Positions 30,770 to 32,000 of a stretch of 32,000 nucleotides of DNA are shown here, piece after piece (position 1 is the stretch's first letter; each line of letters opens with the position of its first letter). The DNA comes from an uncultured bacterium. Its GTDB lineage: Bacteria > Margulisbacteria > WOR-1 > CAVSGV01. The notes beneath the pieces were generated by a model. It saw only the letters and a list, made by a program, of their open reading frames with translations. It was not told where the DNA came from and made no database searches. Position numbers and translations under genes: made by a program. The DNA lies in the NCBI GenBank assembly GCA_963699255.1, contig OY969425.1, forward strand, positions 690,001-722,000. Direction: 5' to 3'.

Positions 30770-32000
30770 CTATTCTTCCTCTTTGAACACATCTGCGGTA
30801 AAAATGTAGAGGCGGGTGTTGGGATCTTTCAGCGCTGAAACAGGAAGGCCCGCCTTGTAGCAAACATTCTCCAGGAATTGTTCTCTTGTCCACTTGTTCT
30901 CCGTAGCTACCTGGGGAAGGAAAACACCGCTCTGCCCGCCGTTCTCGATCAAGACCCCGTTCTTCCCGACAACAACTTCATTTGTGCTGGTTATCGCCTG
31001 CATCGGGGAAAGTATGGATATCTCTATCTTAATGTTCGGCAGCTCTTCGGTAGTGACCGCAGTGAATCTGGTATCCTCCGTTGCCGCCGCGATTGCCATG
31101 TCGGAAACCGCCGAATAAAGTTGTTTGACGGGTTTAAGGTAGCCGATGCATCCCCTCAGCTGGCCGTTATTTGTAAGAGTGACAAAAACGCCGTACTTCT
31201 GCTGAAGTTCCTTTTCATATATCATGAAGTCCGGAATTTGCTTTGTGCTCAGGTAGCTCTCCAGCGTCTTCCTCGCGATCTCAAGAAGCCTGGTTTTCTC
31301 GGATTCATCCAGGACAAGCGGCCGCCTGTAAATGGCGGCGGACAGGTATCCGACGACCGACGACTTGTCCCCCGTCACATCCCCCGTGTCCGCATATTTC
31401 AATATCTCATAACTGTTGGCATAAAGCCGGTCGGCTGCCATCATCGCCGTAATAACAGGCCCGTAGCCGCACATTTCGCATTCGCCCGTAGCAAGCTTTT
31501 GCACCAGAGCGTTCAGGTCGCCTTTTGATATTGCGTCGATCGCGGCCGCGTCCATCGTGCTTGACACTTCATAGGTGTGATAATGAGAAAGATCGGTACT
31601 GGCGACAAGAAGGACCTTTTTTTTGCCGATCGACTTCAATATCGCCTGCGCGAGTATATTGCTGTTCTCGATCGACTGGTAACCGAACACTATCGGGACG
31701 ATCTTGAAGTTCTTAAGCGTTTTCTGAAGGAAAGGGATCTGGACCTCCACCGAGTGCTCTTTGTCCCATGCTTCCTTAACGTATTTTATTTTAGGATCAC
31801 AGGACATCAGGCTTGCAGCCATTTCCTTGTCGATCTTCACTCTTCCGAGTGGCGTTTCATATTCGCCCTCAGGAATGACGGACAATCCGTCAAACATAGT
31901 GTAATGGCTGGGCCCCATTATTATGACCGTATCAAAGCTCTTGTTCGTCAGCTGCTTGTAAGCATAAGCCGCGACCTTGCCTGAATACTGATAGCCCGCG
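30770..32000 (-). CDS. Memo-like (AmmeMemoRadiSam protein B) fused to AMMECR1 (protein A); N-terminus lies beyond the window
   Basis: AGYQYSGKVAAYAY...IIMGPSHY...STDLSHYH is Memo-like. C-terminal YGVFVTLTNNGQLRGCIGY...EDTRF...ISILS is AMMECR1. The reading frame stays open to position 32000. Confidence 0.8.
   Translation of the reverse strand, partial: AGYQYSGKVAAYAYKQLTNKSFDTVIIMGPSHYTMFDGLSVIPEGEYETPLGRVKIDKEMAASLMSCDPKIKYVKEAWDKEHSVEVQIPFLQKTLKNFKIVPIVFGYQSIENSNILAQAILKSIGKKKVLLVASTDLSHYHTYEVSSTMDAAAIDAISKGDLNALVQKLATGECEMCGYGPVITAMMAADRLYANSYEILKYADTGDVTGDKSSVVGYLSAAIYRRPLVLDESEKTRLLEIARKTLESYLSTKQIPDFMIYEKELQQKYGVFVTLTNNGQLRGCIGYLKPVKQLYSAVSDMAIAAATEDTRFTAVTTEELPNIKIEISILSPMQAITSTNEVVVGKNGVLIENGGQSGVFLPQVATENKWTREQFLENVCYKAGLPVSALKDPNTRLYIFTADVFKEEE

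Overview
This is a compact, almost gapless bacterial chromosomal segment with about 36 protein genes. I found no rRNA, tRNA, CRISPR array, transposase or integrase. The gene content suggests an anaerobic, probably uncultivated bacterium; I cannot assign taxonomy from sequence alone.

Gene order:
- Minus strand: LarE-like PP-loop fragment, Spy/CpxP-like periplasmic protein, a 53-aa YHS protein missing from the ORF track, a Met-rich membrane protein, CopA, PfkA, BioA, BioD, BioF (frameshifted), BioB.
- Plus strand: BioH-like esterase, BioC (frameshifted).
- Minus strand: NIL-ferredoxin (frameshifted), COG1900 homocysteine-biosynthesis protein, CysK, Rrf2 regulator, ferritin-like/VIT1 transporter, secreted hypothetical.
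- Plus strand: lysophospholipase, GlpK. DUF167 follows on the minus strand.
- Plus strand: HEAT-repeat protein, GlpA-like FAD dehydrogenase, FAD/NAD oxidoreductase, DUF1667.
- Minus strand: stand-alone LigD 3'-phosphoesterase, a 295-aa orphan, endonuclease III.
- Plus strand: TPR-MBL hydrolase (split in two ORFs), Mut7-C nuclease, four-helix-bundle (23S-IVS type) protein, SSB.
- Then a DsbD_2-like membrane protein (minus), a fused membrane/spermidine-synthase-like protein (plus), and an FGE-like protein and Memo-AMMECR1 fusion (minus, running off the window).

Signals not explained by ordinary annotation:
1. A family of ~28-nt blocks of four tandem heptamers (GAGATGN, TCTAATC, GGATTTC, GTCATTG/TTAATTG). 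They sit exactly at gene junctions, provide stop/SD/start codons, occur in-frame inside bioA and bioH, and flank the four-helix-bundle gene in inverted orientation.
2. At least nine promoter-like -10 elements lie 8-11 nt upstream of well-constrained start codons, which implies mostly leaderless transcription units.
3. Four genes are broken by single-nucleotide frameshifts.
4. An unusual copper module: CopA with a degenerate N-terminal metal site, the Met-rich membrane protein, the YHS protein and the Spy-like protein.

All functional calls rest on motif recognition by eye. No database search was run.
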